DNA of 36,533 nucleotides from Thainema sp. (GCA_052168235.1 JBQLZK010000011.1:95010-131542); one strand, 5' to 3'. Numbered from the stretch's first letter, positions 1 to 9,782 are shown. Translations and numbers: made by a program. Notes: generated by a model from the sequence alone, not told the origin.

Positions 1-1389
1 TCTCCTCAATCTCAACCCTCACATCAAAGTGCGAATCAAGGTTCTCTCAATCCTAATTTTTCTCAAAAAGAAGTGCCTTGGGATATAGTGCTACTCAATT
101 ATTTAGCAGCATTAAAGGTTACTCCTGGCTCTTTACTAAGGTGGGGAATAATACTAACAGTTTTGGGAATTATATCTTCGCCTTTATCGCTTAAAAGTAT
201 AATACGATTTTCATTTAATCGCAAAACCGATTTATCAGATAGAGATAGTTCTCACGAATTAGAATATGCTGAAAGTGCTCTGCCTAAATCAGAGTTAGTT
301 GAAAAAGCCAAAACGCATTTGGAAAGCATCAGGTTTCAGCAGAGCTATACCTCAGGCTGGGTGGGATCCATAAAGCTTCCTGTATTATTTGAAACTTCAG
401 CAAATCAAGCAATTACAATTTCAAAATTGCAAATGACTTTTCCTGAAATCATACAAAAATATAAGCAATTTGTCAGCTATTTCTTAAAGGAAACAAAAAG
501 TGTATTAATTATTGGAATTGACGAGTTAGACAAACTAGACGCCGAAAAATCGAAAATCTTTTTAAACGAAATAAAGGCGCTTTTTGGGATGGAAAACTGC
601 TTTTATTTGGTTTCTGTTTCAGAAGATGCAATGAGTAGTTTTGAGCGTAGAGGCATTCCTTTTCGTGATGCATTTGATAGTACTTTCGATACAATAATAT
701 ATATAGATTATCTTACTCTCGATGAGGCTAGAGAGCTCATTGATAAACGAGTGATTGGACTGCCCAAATTAGCATTTTACTTTATATATTGTTTTTCAGG
801 TGGATTAGCTAGAGACTTGATTCGCTCATGCCGAAGTTTACTGGGAGATCTGGATGACAGTCAGCCAGAATCATTTAGAAAAACCTCTATTTTAGACCTT
901 TGTAGATATATGATTTGCAAAGATATCACAGCAAAGATACGCTCAATTTATATTGAGGCCAAGAAGACAACTGCAGAATCTACTGCAAGCAATTTTTTGC
1001 AGGCAACCCGTAAGCTAGAAACCCTCATATATGAGGAAAGATTGTCATCAAATGATTTATTGGAAATTTGTAAAATACTAAAAACTCGTGTAACGCTACA
1101 AGATGAAAAGGACGCAGCTGCTCCTCTAAATAAAGAAGATGATTTAAATTTCAAAACCAGTTTAGAAAGCTTGCAGATTGAACTAACAGCTTATTTATAC
1201 TATATGGCAACTCTATTTGAAGTTTTTGTAGAAAAAAGTTGTGTCAGTTTACTAAATGACTCAGTTGAATTAACTGTTTATATGACTAACTTGACAAGAG
1301 CTCGGCAATTTTTTACTGTAAATCCAGAATTTGCTTGTTCGCTCATTTCTGATTTTCGAGAGCTACAGAAATTAGAGTGTATTACTTAG
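1..1389 (+). CDS. KAP-family P-loop NTPase, C-terminal part (5' end outside the window)
   Basis: Frame is open from base 1. A hydrophobic TM stretch precedes the Walker B-like LIIGIDELDK, followed by FLNEIKALF...CFYLVSVSEDA...DAFDSTFD, typical of KAP NTPases. AT-rich, no HIP1. Confidence 0.7.
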   Translation, partial: SPQSQPSHQSANQGSLNPNFSQKEVPWDIVLLNYLAALKVTPGSLLRWGIILTVLGIISSPLSLKSIIRFSFNRKTDLSDRDSSHELEYAESALPKSELVEKAKTHLESIRFQQSYTSGWVGSIKLPVLFETSANQAITISKLQMTFPEIIQKYKQFVSYFLKETKSVLIIGIDELDKLDAEKSKIFLNEIKALFGMENCFYLVSVSEDAMSSFERRGIPFRDAFDSTFDTIIYIDYLTLDEARELIDKRVIGLPKLAFYFIYCFSGGLARDLIRSCRSLLGDLDDSQPESFRKTSILDLCRYMICKDITAKIRSIYIEAKKTTAESTASNFLQATRKLETLIYEERLSSNDLLEICKILKTRVTLQDEKDAAAPLNKEDDLNFKTSLESLQIELTAYLYYMATLFEVFVEKSCVSLLNDSVELTVYMTNLTRARQFFTVNPEFACSLISDFRELQKLECIT

Positions 1390-1520
1390 CCCTCTCTATA
1401 GACTGCGGTTACCCATCTAATGTGGGAACCTCTGGAGTGCACTACTGCCAAATTTAACAGTTGGCTTACAACTCCTATGTCATTAGGAGCAAAGCTAGTA
1501 TTTCTGTCAGTGAACCTAGA

Positions 1521-1549
1521 TTGACTCCACAGGCCAAATCCCGTACTGT
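1521..1549 (+). promoter_or_regulatory. Sigma70-type promoter for the 1793..2071 gene
   Basis: TTGACT (1521-1526), 17-nt spacer, TACTGT (1544-1549). Confidence 0.55.
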
Positions 1550-1606
1550 GAAACGTTAAGTTGTCAATGCGCTTCCTTCTTTATCTCTGCGCGACAACTG
1601 GATACC

Positions 1607-1691
1607 AAAAATCTAGTCAACGCCACCCAGAGTTGCGGTCACAACTCTGAGCGGCTGACCTGTAAACGTTGGGCAAGCAACGCACAGGCTT
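1607..1691 (-). ncRNA. Putative ~85-nt antisense small RNA within the 5' leader of 1793..2071
   Basis: Minus-strand TATAAT at 1697-1702. Hairpin 1622-1655 has two A-C mismatches on + that become G-U pairs on -. It is followed on - by a T-run (1607-1611). Confidence 0.5.
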
Positions 1692-1792
1692 GGGAGATTA
1701 TAGCCTCAGCCGCTCTGCATTGCACTTCATCCGTTGCAGGGGGCTAGGTTTTTGGCTTTCCTCCCCGAAAGTCAAAACCAAAGGACAACACA

Positions 1793-2071
1793 ATGACATA
1801 CTTCATCCTCGGTGCTTCATCCCAAGCAGCGCCACAGTCTGCTGCGACCAACTCCAATATCCGCGACGATCGCCATCCCCTGCGGCTCATCCTGCTCGGC
1901 TCCCGCCCCGACATCATTGTCACCATCAAAAACCTGCATCGGCGCGGCTTTGCCGAAGCCAACGAATGGAGCCAGCTCATCCCCTGCCCCAGCGCAGGCG
2001 ACGTAGCGCGTATCCTCGCCCAGCGCCACCCCGACGACCACATCAGCATCCTCACCCGCTATCTCAACTAA
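1793..2071 (+). CDS. Small cyanobacterial hypothetical protein (92 aa)
   Basis: AAGGA RBS before the ATG. Motif LRLILLGS...TIKNLHRRGFAEANEWSQLIP resembles a recurrent family of small cyanobacterial hypothetical proteins (from memory, not searched). Confidence 0.75.
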   Translation: MTYFILGASSQAAPQSAATNSNIRDDRHPLRLILLGSRPDIIVTIKNLHRRGFAEANEWSQLIPCPSAGDVARILAQRHPDDHISILTRYLN

Positions 2072-2093
2072 CCAGTTGAGGCTGAGATGTCCC

Positions 2094-2159
2094 AAAAACC
2101 GGGTTTCTTGTTCTAGGTATCCTGTATGGCCAAACACTGACTACAGAAGCCCGGTTTCT
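2094..2159. repeat. REP-like inverted pair AAACCGGGTTTCT...AGAAGCCCGGTTT
   Basis: Same paired palindromic motif at 35450-35512 and 36285-36348. Confidence 0.7.
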
Positions 2160-2740
2160 AGTGCGGCTGGAGTGCGTTGTGTTGCGTCAATAAATGCGAT
2201 CGCACTTTCCAGGGCTAGTCGCTTATGGTATTCATCTGGTTTTGCGACCTAAGTGTGTGATTGTGCGATCGCAAACCCGCTATCACAAACGACAATATGC
2301 CATCTAAGCTGATTCTTGTTGTATTTATCACTGAGTCAAGCACCAAAACTACGGGTATTAGAAACAAAAAATAATGGCTATAATCCCAATGATTTCTAGG
2401 TTTGCTCGCTGCGCGATCCCCGTTTAATTAGGGTTACACTAGTAAGTGCTTCTTCATCAGTAAAAGCAACAGTAACGGACTAAACGTATCGGTGTAAAAC
2501 TTATATCTTGCATCTATGCTTTTGCAGCTACATCATCAGCCTCAAGTACTGTAGAGGCTGGCTCGACAAAGCTTACCGTAACTCCCATAGCTCTTTCAGC
2601 AACCGCTCTAGGCCACTATATTTCTATTTCCAGAGGCGGAGATTTAACTTTTTTCTGTCCACCTTTTTATTGCTGTGCTTACAATGGAGTCTTGTTAATT
2701 TGAGGATGATTTGAGTGTGAACTAATCCTGAGCTTTTGCT

Positions 2741-3166
2741 ATGATGCATCTCCTTCAAAAAAATCTTCAAAAGAATAAAGAAGTCTTACGGGTTATCTTG
2801 GCGGTTTGCATTATTGTCGCGGGCGTATTGCACTTTGCCGTGCCGGTGCCATTCATTCGCATCGTGCCGGGCTTCTTACCCTATCCAGCAGCACTGGTTT
2901 ATATCAGCGGCGTGATTGAAATCGGTTTGGGGATTGCGCTGTTGATCCCATCGATTAGCCACTTGGCGGCTTGGGGACTGGTCGCACTGTTCATTGCCGT
3001 GTATCCAGCTAATCTCAATATGGCGATTAACGGAATTGAAATTGCTGGCATTCCCAATACCTGGTGGTTCCAAGCTATTCGGTTGCCGTTTCAGTTTGTC
3101 CTAATTGCTTGGGCCTATTGGTACACCAGCCCGAATTCACCGGAATCAAGCAGTGAGGTGAAATAG
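2741..3166 (+). CDS. DoxX-family membrane protein
   Basis: AGVLHF...LVYISGVIEIGLG...AAWGLVALFIAVYPANLNMA...RLPFQ; four TM helices. Confidence 0.85.
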   Translation: MMHLLQKNLQKNKEVLRVILAVCIIVAGVLHFAVPVPFIRIVPGFLPYPAALVYISGVIEIGLGIALLIPSISHLAAWGLVALFIAVYPANLNMAINGIEIAGIPNTWWFQAIRLPFQFVLIAWAYWYTSPNSPESSSEVK

Positions 3167-3170
3167 CAGT

Positions 3171-4001
3171 ATGGCTAATTTTGCGACTCGTGAACAACTC
3201 AGAGCCACAATCACAGAAGCAATGGCAGCAGGTACTACCAGTTTCTCTGAATTAGTTAGCGTACTGAAGATTGACCTGCTTCATGATCTGGCCGGAGTCA
3301 ACTTGAGTGGATTCGATCTCAGTGGAGGTTCATTTGCTCAAGCGAATTTGGTCGAAACAGACTTGAGCGGAGCTAATTTGAAGGGCGCTAATTTTCACGG
3401 CGCTGACTTGAGACTCGCCAATTTGCGCAATGCCTATCTCAGCCAAACCAATTTCAGCGGTGCCAATCTCAAAGATGCCAATCTCAGAGGTGCGACCCTG
3501 AGAGGAATGTTGATTGACCCCACAACCAAACTACCTAGCCAGTGGCGTCTGATCTGGGAATTAGCCAATAGCGGCGGCGAAAATCGGGTTTTGAAGGGAG
3601 CTGATCTAGAAGGGGCTGATTTAAAGGGCGCAAATTTGCACAATATTAACCTCATCCGGGCCAATTTGCGTCATGCTAGCCTGAATGATGCTTATCTCAA
3701 GCAGGCCGATATCAGAAACGCCGATTTGTCTGGTGCCAATCTGAACGGTGCGTACTTGATTAACGCTAATTTTGGTAAGGCTAACCTTCGAGCAGCCGAT
3801 TTTAGCCAGTCGGATCTCGGTCGTGCCAACTTAATCAACGCTAATCTCGAAGGGACAAATTTCCAAGCGGCTACCGTTGACCGAGCGCTATTTGGCAATA
3901 ATAGAGGGCTGACTGCATTCGATAAGCGAAATTTGCGAGCCCGAGGAGCCATTTTTGAAGACTTCTATGGCTCTCTGACCAAAGTATTTACTCGGAAATA
4001 A
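3171..4001 (+). CDS. Pentapeptide repeat protein
   Basis: Two long runs of A(D/N)LxX pentapeptides. Confidence 0.92.
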   Translation: MANFATREQLRATITEAMAAGTTSFSELVSVLKIDLLHDLAGVNLSGFDLSGGSFAQANLVETDLSGANLKGANFHGADLRLANLRNAYLSQTNFSGANLKDANLRGATLRGMLIDPTTKLPSQWRLIWELANSGGENRVLKGADLEGADLKGANLHNINLIRANLRHASLNDAYLKQADIRNADLSGANLNGAYLINANFGKANLRAADFSQSDLGRANLINANLEGTNFQAATVDRALFGNNRGLTAFDKRNLRARGAIFEDFYGSLTKVFTRK

Positions 4002-4022
4002 CGCAACGATTTGTTGAATCAG

Positions 4023-4913
4023 CTATTTGGAGTGGAGCCAGCGCTTGCGCCATTGGGAGGTTGGTGACAGTGACGATTCGGCTTGCTCCTGCTGACGCTG
4101 CTGCATGATGTCCTGAGCAGTGGCCATTAAAGTGCGATCGCGATAAGGAACGGCAGCCTTCGTTTGCAGATGTTCTAGTTCTCGCTGGGACAGGGGGGGT
4201 AAATTCTCATCCCGACCGTTTAACACGGCAATCGTTCCTGGCCACTGGCGACCAGCGGCTGCGATCGCACCAATTTGGAATCCGGCTTCTTGCAGTCCGG
4301 CTCGCACTGCCGCCGCACAGGAATAGGTGGCCAGCCGACCATCTGGTTTGAGGCACTGGCGCACCTGCTGGAAAAAATCAACGCTCCACAACATGGGACA
4401 GCGGGGCGGCGAAAAGGGATCAAAGAAAATGGCATCGGCCTGAAATCCCTGCTGCACCAGCGGTTGAATCTGCTGGCGAGCATCGCCAATCAGGAGTTTA
4501 GCCTTGAGACATTCGGTGTTGATCACTTGAGCTTGAGCGAGTTCTGTGAGGATATCTTGAATTTGCGGTGTCCAAATGTGGGTGAACTGATGTGCGATCG
4601 CAGCGTGTGGCACGTCCAAGTTCAACTCCAGTCCCACCACCGTCACCTGGCAGTTGGGATTAATTCGCCAAATGGTTTCCAGCGCTGCCGCTGTGTTGTA
4701 GCCCAAACCGTAGCAAACATCCAGAAGCGTCAGGTTCTCTCGCTGGGCTTTTTGCAGTAGCTGAGTCGGTTCTACATAAGTTTCGAATGCTTCTTGATAA
4801 GCTCCATGACGGCTGTGAAACCATTCGCCAAAGGCTGCTGAATAAAAGGTATATGACCCATCAGCTGTGGCTTCTGGGGTGATGCTATCTAGAGGTAAGG
4901 GAGAATTGGTCAT
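4023..4913 (-). CDS. MnmC/MnmD-type SAM-dependent tRNA methyltransferase domain protein
   Basis: TADGSYTFYS...FHS..GA, LDVCYGLGYN, IFFDPFSPP.CP.LWS, LATYS motifs. Confidence 0.85.
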   Translation of the reverse strand: MTNSPLPLDSITPEATADGSYTFYSAAFGEWFHSRHGAYQEAFETYVEPTQLLQKAQRENLTLLDVCYGLGYNTAAALETIWRINPNCQVTVVGLELNLDVPHAAIAHQFTHIWTPQIQDILTELAQAQVINTECLKAKLLIGDARQQIQPLVQQGFQADAIFFDPFSPPRCPMLWSVDFFQQVRQCLKPDGRLATYSCAAAVRAGLQEAGFQIGAIAAAGRQWPGTIAVLNGRDENLPPLSQRELEHLQTKAAVPYRDRTLMATAQDIMQQRQQEQAESSLSPTSQWRKRWLHSK

Positions 4914-4980
4914 AGTATTATGGACAGCCGAGACGGCTATCCTACACTACTCGATCTATGACAATAACGTTGGCATCGCG

Positions 4981-5514
4981 ATGATTTCAGCCGCTAAACC
5001 CATTACTCCAGACGAGTGGATACAAACCGCTAAACGCCTCTTCACCGTACCCAAACCGGAACATTTTACAGATTATCGCCACTGTTGCGAATGTGCCGAG
5101 CATGATGAGACGCTGCTGGCGCATGATGTCGATTCTATTGGACTGGAGCAGTTGGGCAACCCTGGCTGGGATCCGATGTGTTTTTCAGCGGCGACGGGAT
5201 TGCTCTACTACATGCCTGCGCTGGTGCGGTTAACCCTCCAGACGCTAGAGCAGCCCCAAGTAGCTTATTTGGATCAGTTCCTGTTTCACCTGCATCGGTC
5301 GGATTTGCTGGACGCCGCGAATGCACAGCAGCGGCAGTTTATCGTCGCGTTTTTGGAGTATTTGATTGATCAGGAGCGCGAAGAGGAGTTGGGGATGAAA
5401 GTGCGATCGCACTTTCACCTTGACCTGGAAGACTATGCTGACGACCTGCTGGATGTACTGCAAATTTGGAGCAATTGTGAAGTGCTGGATGATGCTTCTT
5501 GCAGATTAGAGTAG
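4981..5514 (+). CDS. Hypothetical protein with HCCECAEHD motif
   Basis: ATG at 4981 chosen because the longer ORF start overlaps the divergent methyltransferase gene. Cys/His cluster and LLYYMPAL helix. Confidence 0.7.
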   Translation: MISAAKPITPDEWIQTAKRLFTVPKPEHFTDYRHCCECAEHDETLLAHDVDSIGLEQLGNPGWDPMCFSAATGLLYYMPALVRLTLQTLEQPQVAYLDQFLFHLHRSDLLDAANAQQRQFIVAFLEYLIDQEREEELGMKVRSHFHLDLEDYADDLLDVLQIWSNCEVLDDASCRLE

Positions 5515-5603
5515 TGGGAGAATCTAACATGGACATTACCGTCCTGACAGACTTATCGTAAATGCATTCCCTTCAATACCCTTCACCCATTTGATACGGA
5601 TAT

Positions 5604-6860
5604 ATGGCAAACCAGCGCCCCTCGAAACCCAAGCATATTGTCCTGACTTCCCATCCCAGTCGCTTTGGGACAAAGCCCATTCCGATTCACTGGGGCAAGT
5701 CTGATCCCATGCAGCGCGGCCCGATTATTGGCACCGTAACGAACGCCAGTCATCGCAACGTCGTCGGCACACATTCTGGTTCCTATGCAATTTATCGAGC
5801 GCTAGCGGTTGCTCAGGGGACGCTACAGCCGGATCACAAGGCGGATTTAACGAATACCGCTCCGATTATCAATATTGGGCCATACCCAAGCTGGTTTGAT
5901 GCCGACAAGATTGTGTCTCTCGATCCGTTTGGGGCGCTGGTCGGTGAGGCGTTTGCCGATTATATCCAGCAGGGTCACGACATTCGCCCCACAATCGCCA
6001 TTACCAAAGCCCATATCAACATGCCGGAACTTCATGCGGCGGCGCAGATGGGGCGGATTCCGGTTGACGGCAAAATCATGAAACCGGGCGGCGATTTAGT
6101 CGTCACCAAAGCGGCGATTGAACCTGTCTGGTATTTACCGGGAATTGCTAAGCGGCTCAACGTATCTGAAAGTGACTTGCGCCACGTCCTGTTTGAGCAG
6201 ACGGGCGGCATGTTTCCGGAACTTGTCACCCGCTCTGATCTGGACATATTTTTGCCGCCCATCGGCAGCATGACTGCCTACATTCTGGGTGATGTCAACG
6301 CGATTACCGATCCCGCTCGGCCCGTGACGGTGCGAGTCCATGACGAATGCAACGGCTCGGACGTATTCGGCTCTGATATTTGCACCTGTCGGCCTTATCT
6401 CGTCCACGGCATTGAGGAATGCATCAAAACCGCTCAATCCGGCGGGGCTGGAATAATTGTCTACTTCCGCAAGGAAGGTCGGGCATTGGGCGAAGTGACT
6501 AAGTTCCTGGTCTACAATGCGCGTAAGCGGCAGGAGGGCGGCGATAATGCCAATGCCTACTTTGAGCGCACCGAATGCGTGGCGGGTGTACAGGATATGC
6601 GGTTCCAAGAACTGATGCCGGATGTACTGCACTGGCTGGGAATTACGCGCATTGATCGGCTGATTTCCATGAGTCACATGAAATACAATGCCATTGTCCA
6701 TTCCGGCATTGAAGTTGTCGAGCGAGTGCCCATTCCAGACTATTTAATTCCTGCAGATGCAATGGTTGAAATGGAGGCCAAGAAAGCGGCGGGATACTTT
6801 ACGACGGGCAGCGTGCTGGATCAAGATGGACTAACGCAGGTGAAAGGGCGCGATTACTAA
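5604..6860 (+). CDS. GTP cyclohydrolase II-like protein, URC1 type (uracil catabolism)
   Basis: N-terminal RNVVGTHSGSYAIYRALA domain, plus RVHDECNGSDVFGSDICTCRPYL and RKEGRALG. Confidence 0.92.
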   Translation: MANQRPSKPKHIVLTSHPSRFGTKPIPIHWGKSDPMQRGPIIGTVTNASHRNVVGTHSGSYAIYRALAVAQGTLQPDHKADLTNTAPIINIGPYPSWFDADKIVSLDPFGALVGEAFADYIQQGHDIRPTIAITKAHINMPELHAAAQMGRIPVDGKIMKPGGDLVVTKAAIEPVWYLPGIAKRLNVSESDLRHVLFEQTGGMFPELVTRSDLDIFLPPIGSMTAYILGDVNAITDPARPVTVRVHDECNGSDVFGSDICTCRPYLVHGIEECIKTAQSGGAGIIVYFRKEGRALGEVTKFLVYNARKRQEGGDNANAYFERTECVAGVQDMRFQELMPDVLHWLGITRIDRLISMSHMKYNAIVHSGIEVVERVPIPDYLIPADAMVEMEAKKAAGYFTTGSVLDQDGLTQVKGRDY

Positions 6861-8110
6861 TGGTTTATGTCCCTGAAAATGACGCTGAGGCCGTCACGTA
6901 TTTTCTCTCGCCAGCGGCGATCCGCGATCGCAGTCGCTACCTTTACGATCTGGCCCTGAACGACCAGCTTGATCACTTTGCCATTAATCTGCATCAGCTT
7001 CATCCTGTCGCTGACTATGTAATGGAGGTGACTAGGGAAGAATATCCAGATTTTGACGTGCCGTTTCACTCGCGCTGGCGGCATTTTGAAGTCGGCGGCG
7101 TCCCGCGTTTACCCCAACTAGAGCATAGGCTAGCCGATCAATCCGCGATTGAGCAAACCCGCAGCAAGTTTGACCTGGCCATCATCAGCGTGCTGCTGGA
7201 TGCCGGAGCGGGTAGCCGCTGGCAGTATCACGAACCAGGGACGTACTTGGTTGTTAAACGCTCGGAAGGCTTGGCTCTGGCCAGCTATCACATGTTCTGC
7301 AATGGCCTTTTCTCCAGCGATCCCGATTTACCGCTGCAAGCGGATGCAAAAGGCTTGGCTCAGCTCACTGAAGACCAACTGGCCAATGGCTTTCAAGCCG
7401 ACGAACATAATCCGCTGGTTGGTCTGCCGGGTCGGCTCCAGCTGCTGCAAAAACTGGGGCATGTGCTGAGCCAGCATCCAGATCTATTTGGGTACAAACA
7501 GTCACGGCTGGGCAATCTGGTTGATTATCTAATTGCTCAAGCTAAAGATAAAGATCAGCAGATCAGTGCGGTTACGGTACTGCAAGCGATTCTGCGCGGG
7601 TTGGGTGAGATCTGGCCGGGACGAATTGCGATCGCAGATACAAACCTGGGCGACACTTGGCAGTCGAATAAACTGGCCGGACTGGATCGGCGTTATCCCT
7701 ACATTCCGTTTCATAAGCTGTCCCAGTGGTTGACATACTCACTACTGGAGCCGCTGCAGGATTTGGGCTATCAGATTACCGATTTAGACCAGTTGACGGG
7801 TTTGGCTGAATATCGCAATGCCGGACTGTGCCTGGATATGGGCTTACTGGTGCCCAAACAGGCAGAAATTCTGCATCAGCCCCAAGAGCTTAACTCATCA
7901 GTGATTGTGGAGTGGCGGGCCACGACGATTATTCTGCTCGATCAGATTGCGGCAGTAATTCGGCAAAACCTGAATCAAACTGCTGATCAACTGCCGCTGG
8001 TCAAAGTGCTACAGGGCGGCACCTGGACAGCCGGACGCCGTATCGCCGCCGAACGTCGTCCGTCGGGTGCGCCGCCGATTCAGTTGATTAGCGATGGAAC
8101 GGTCTTCTAA
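6860..8110 (+). CDS. URC4/urg3 (DUF1688) family protein
   Basis: PFHSRWRHF, SVLLDAGAG, RSEGLA, PFHKLSQWLTYSL, GLAEYRN, VEWRA, SDGTVF. Overlaps the upstream gene by 1 bp (TAATG). Confidence 0.92.
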   Translation: MVYVPENDAEAVTYFLSPAAIRDRSRYLYDLALNDQLDHFAINLHQLHPVADYVMEVTREEYPDFDVPFHSRWRHFEVGGVPRLPQLEHRLADQSAIEQTRSKFDLAIISVLLDAGAGSRWQYHEPGTYLVVKRSEGLALASYHMFCNGLFSSDPDLPLQADAKGLAQLTEDQLANGFQADEHNPLVGLPGRLQLLQKLGHVLSQHPDLFGYKQSRLGNLVDYLIAQAKDKDQQISAVTVLQAILRGLGEIWPGRIAIADTNLGDTWQSNKLAGLDRRYPYIPFHKLSQWLTYSLLEPLQDLGYQITDLDQLTGLAEYRNAGLCLDMGLLVPKQAEILHQPQELNSSVIVEWRATTIILLDQIAAVIRQNLNQTADQLPLVKVLQGGTWTAGRRIAAERRPSGAPPIQLISDGTVF

Positions 8111-8119
8111 TTTCCACTT

Positions 8120-8187
8120 GTAGGGTCGGGTTTAGCCGAAACGTAATCGGTCTGAAATAAAGTTGGTCAACAAAACCTGCTCCCTAC
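8120..8187. repeat. GTAG-type REP/REPIN-like element
   Basis: GTAGGGTCGGGTTT ... AAACCTGCTCCCTAC imperfect inverted ends. Confidence 0.6.
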
Positions 8188-8239
8188 GGATATCCATCAT
8201 TCCTACCGATACTGTCGATCATTTACAACCCAATTTGTC

Positions 8240-8641
8240 ATGCTGCCCCAGGACTATCAAGACCGCTATCAAACGCTCTCCCAGTCCCTACAGACGCTCC
8301 AGAATCAAGTTACTCAGGCCAACCCAGACCAAATGAAACTGCGATCGCAGTTTTTAGAGGCGCAGCAGTGGTTCCAGCAGAAGATTATTGGTCTAGAAGT
8401 TGATGATCAGCTAGAGCCAGCCGACGAGTCTACCGTGCGCTCCCATAACACCGAAATTAATAAGCACCTGCGGCTTTTGGGTATGGATTTGACGTTTTTG
8501 CAGGCGGCTAAGCAGCCCACCACTGCCCAGCAGCGCCAAGCCCAAATCCGCGATCGCATTCAAACGCTCCTGACGTTTTGTCACAATATTTTGAATCCAG
8601 CGGATGCGTCTTCTGATGCGTCTTCTGATGCGTCTTCTTAG
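8240..8641 (+). CDS. patD: PatD-family protein
   Basis: QQWFQQKII...TEINKHLRLLGMDLTFLQAAKQP.TAQQRQ.QI.DRIQTLL.FC. Confidence 0.8.
   Translation: MLPQDYQDRYQTLSQSLQTLQNQVTQANPDQMKLRSQFLEAQQWFQQKIIGLEVDDQLEPADESTVRSHNTEINKHLRLLGMDLTFLQAAKQPTTAQQRQAQIRDRIQTLLTFCHNILNPADASSDASSDASS
8603..8638 (+). repeat. 12-bp tandem repeat x3 (GATGCGTCTTCT, encodes DASS) at the 3' end of patD
   Basis: Three exact copies directly before the TAG stop. Confidence 0.95.
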
Positions 8642-8647
8642 ACCTGG

Positions 8648-8720
8648 GCGTTGCCTTATCTGGGATGAATGGTGATCTGGGGTGCCCCCACATCACCATT
8701 CATCCTTAAATCAGCAATCC
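8648..8720. repeat. Palindromic REP/MITE-like element, family GCGTTGC...AAATCAGCAATCC
   Basis: Inner stem GGATGAATGGTGAT/ATCACCATTCATCC; homologous copy at 20318-20391. Lies between convergent patD and cnaT, possibly acting as a bidirectional terminator. Confidence 0.75.
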
Positions 8721-9782
8721 CTAAACCTGTACCGCCGACTTGAGATCTGCGATCGCGCTTTTCAAGTCCTGTAGCTGCTGCTGCACGGCACCCGTCATCA
8801 AAAGCTGCCGTGCCCGCTCAATCCCGGCTGCAACGGAATCACAGGCTCCACTGCGCCACAGATAAAAGCCACCGTTCCAAATGGCAGACTGACTCAGTTC
8901 AGTGACATCACCTGCCAATACAGCCTGCATCGCTCTAGCAAACTCCGCGTCTTCCAGCAGCGGCACATCAGTTCCAGCCAAATCGTAATCTCTGGGTACC
9001 AGCAGCAAACGCTCAAATGAGTCATGCTCACCGATGCCCAGGATGGCTGTGCGATCGCGGGGCAGATCGCCGCTGCCCTCCAGTCCTTTCACCGTCGTAT
9101 AAAACGCTTCGCCTCGCATCTGATAAGCAATGCAGGTACGCTCCTCGGTGGGAGGATGCACAAAACCACTGACCACGTGGGCCTCACCGCTATAGGGTGC
9201 CCACATAATCTCAATCGTGGCGAGCGGGGGACGCTTACCAATTTGGTCGCGGTAGGGAATCAGCGCCTGTGCAGCAGGGAAGTCGCGGGGTAGGTAAACA
9301 AACCCCAGCCCCGTCTGCTCAAAGACATGCTGCGTTTCAGCATAGGACAGTACCGTCCAGTCAATCCCCAGCAGTTGCCACACTTCAACCAGCGGTAAGC
9401 CATACTTAGTGGGAATGCGATCGCCACCGTGCATCACCACTGGACAGTTGGCTGCCGCTAAAATCAGTGCCGTTAGTGGCGTCACCGGGGCAGTACGGGA
9501 ACGGCCATCATAGGGCGAATTAAACACCGTCACCCGATGCTGAGCCGGGATCGCAGCCAGCTTGGTGCCCATCTCATCATAGGCATCCATCATCCCCACC
9601 AGTTCCTCAGGCGTGGGTCGCTTAATCCGGTGAGCAATCATAAATGCACCAATCTGCGCGGGTGTCGCCTCCTGAGTCAGCATCATCCGGGTTGCGGCTG
9701 CCGATTCACTGCGGGATAAATCCTTGCCCGTATGAACGCCACTACCAATCGTCTTCAGAAACGTGCGAAACGCATTGCTCAT
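8721..9782 (-). CDS. cnaT: Anthranilate phosphoribosyltransferase-like protein CnaT
   Basis: ATPAQIGAFMIAHRIKRPT, PYDGRSRT, GKRPPLAT, GFVHPPTE. Lies directly downstream of ntcB, as in Anabaena. Confidence 0.8.
   Translation of the reverse strand: MSNAFRTFLKTIGSGVHTGKDLSRSESAAATRMMLTQEATPAQIGAFMIAHRIKRPTPEELVGMMDAYDEMGTKLAAIPAQHRVTVFNSPYDGRSRTAPVTPLTALILAAANCPVVMHGGDRIPTKYGLPLVEVWQLLGIDWTVLSYAETQHVFEQTGLGFVYLPRDFPAAQALIPYRDQIGKRPPLATIEIMWAPYSGEAHVVSGFVHPPTEERTCIAYQMRGEAFYTTVKGLEGSGDLPRDRTAILGIGEHDSFERLLLVPRDYDLAGTDVPLLEDAEFARAMQAVLAGDVTELSQSAIWNGGFYLWRSGACDSVAAGIERARQLLMTGAVQQQLQDLKSAIADLKSAVQV

Noticed and set aside
1669..2137. Overlapping alternative ORFs (1669..2079 +, 1817..2137 -, 1744..2055 -)
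   Set aside because: Shadow frames of the 1793..2071 gene, which has the RBS and a recognisable family motif.
2508..2714. 68-aa ORF upstream of the DoxX gene
   Set aside because: TTG start, no RBS and no recognisable protein character; probably promoter or UTR sequence.
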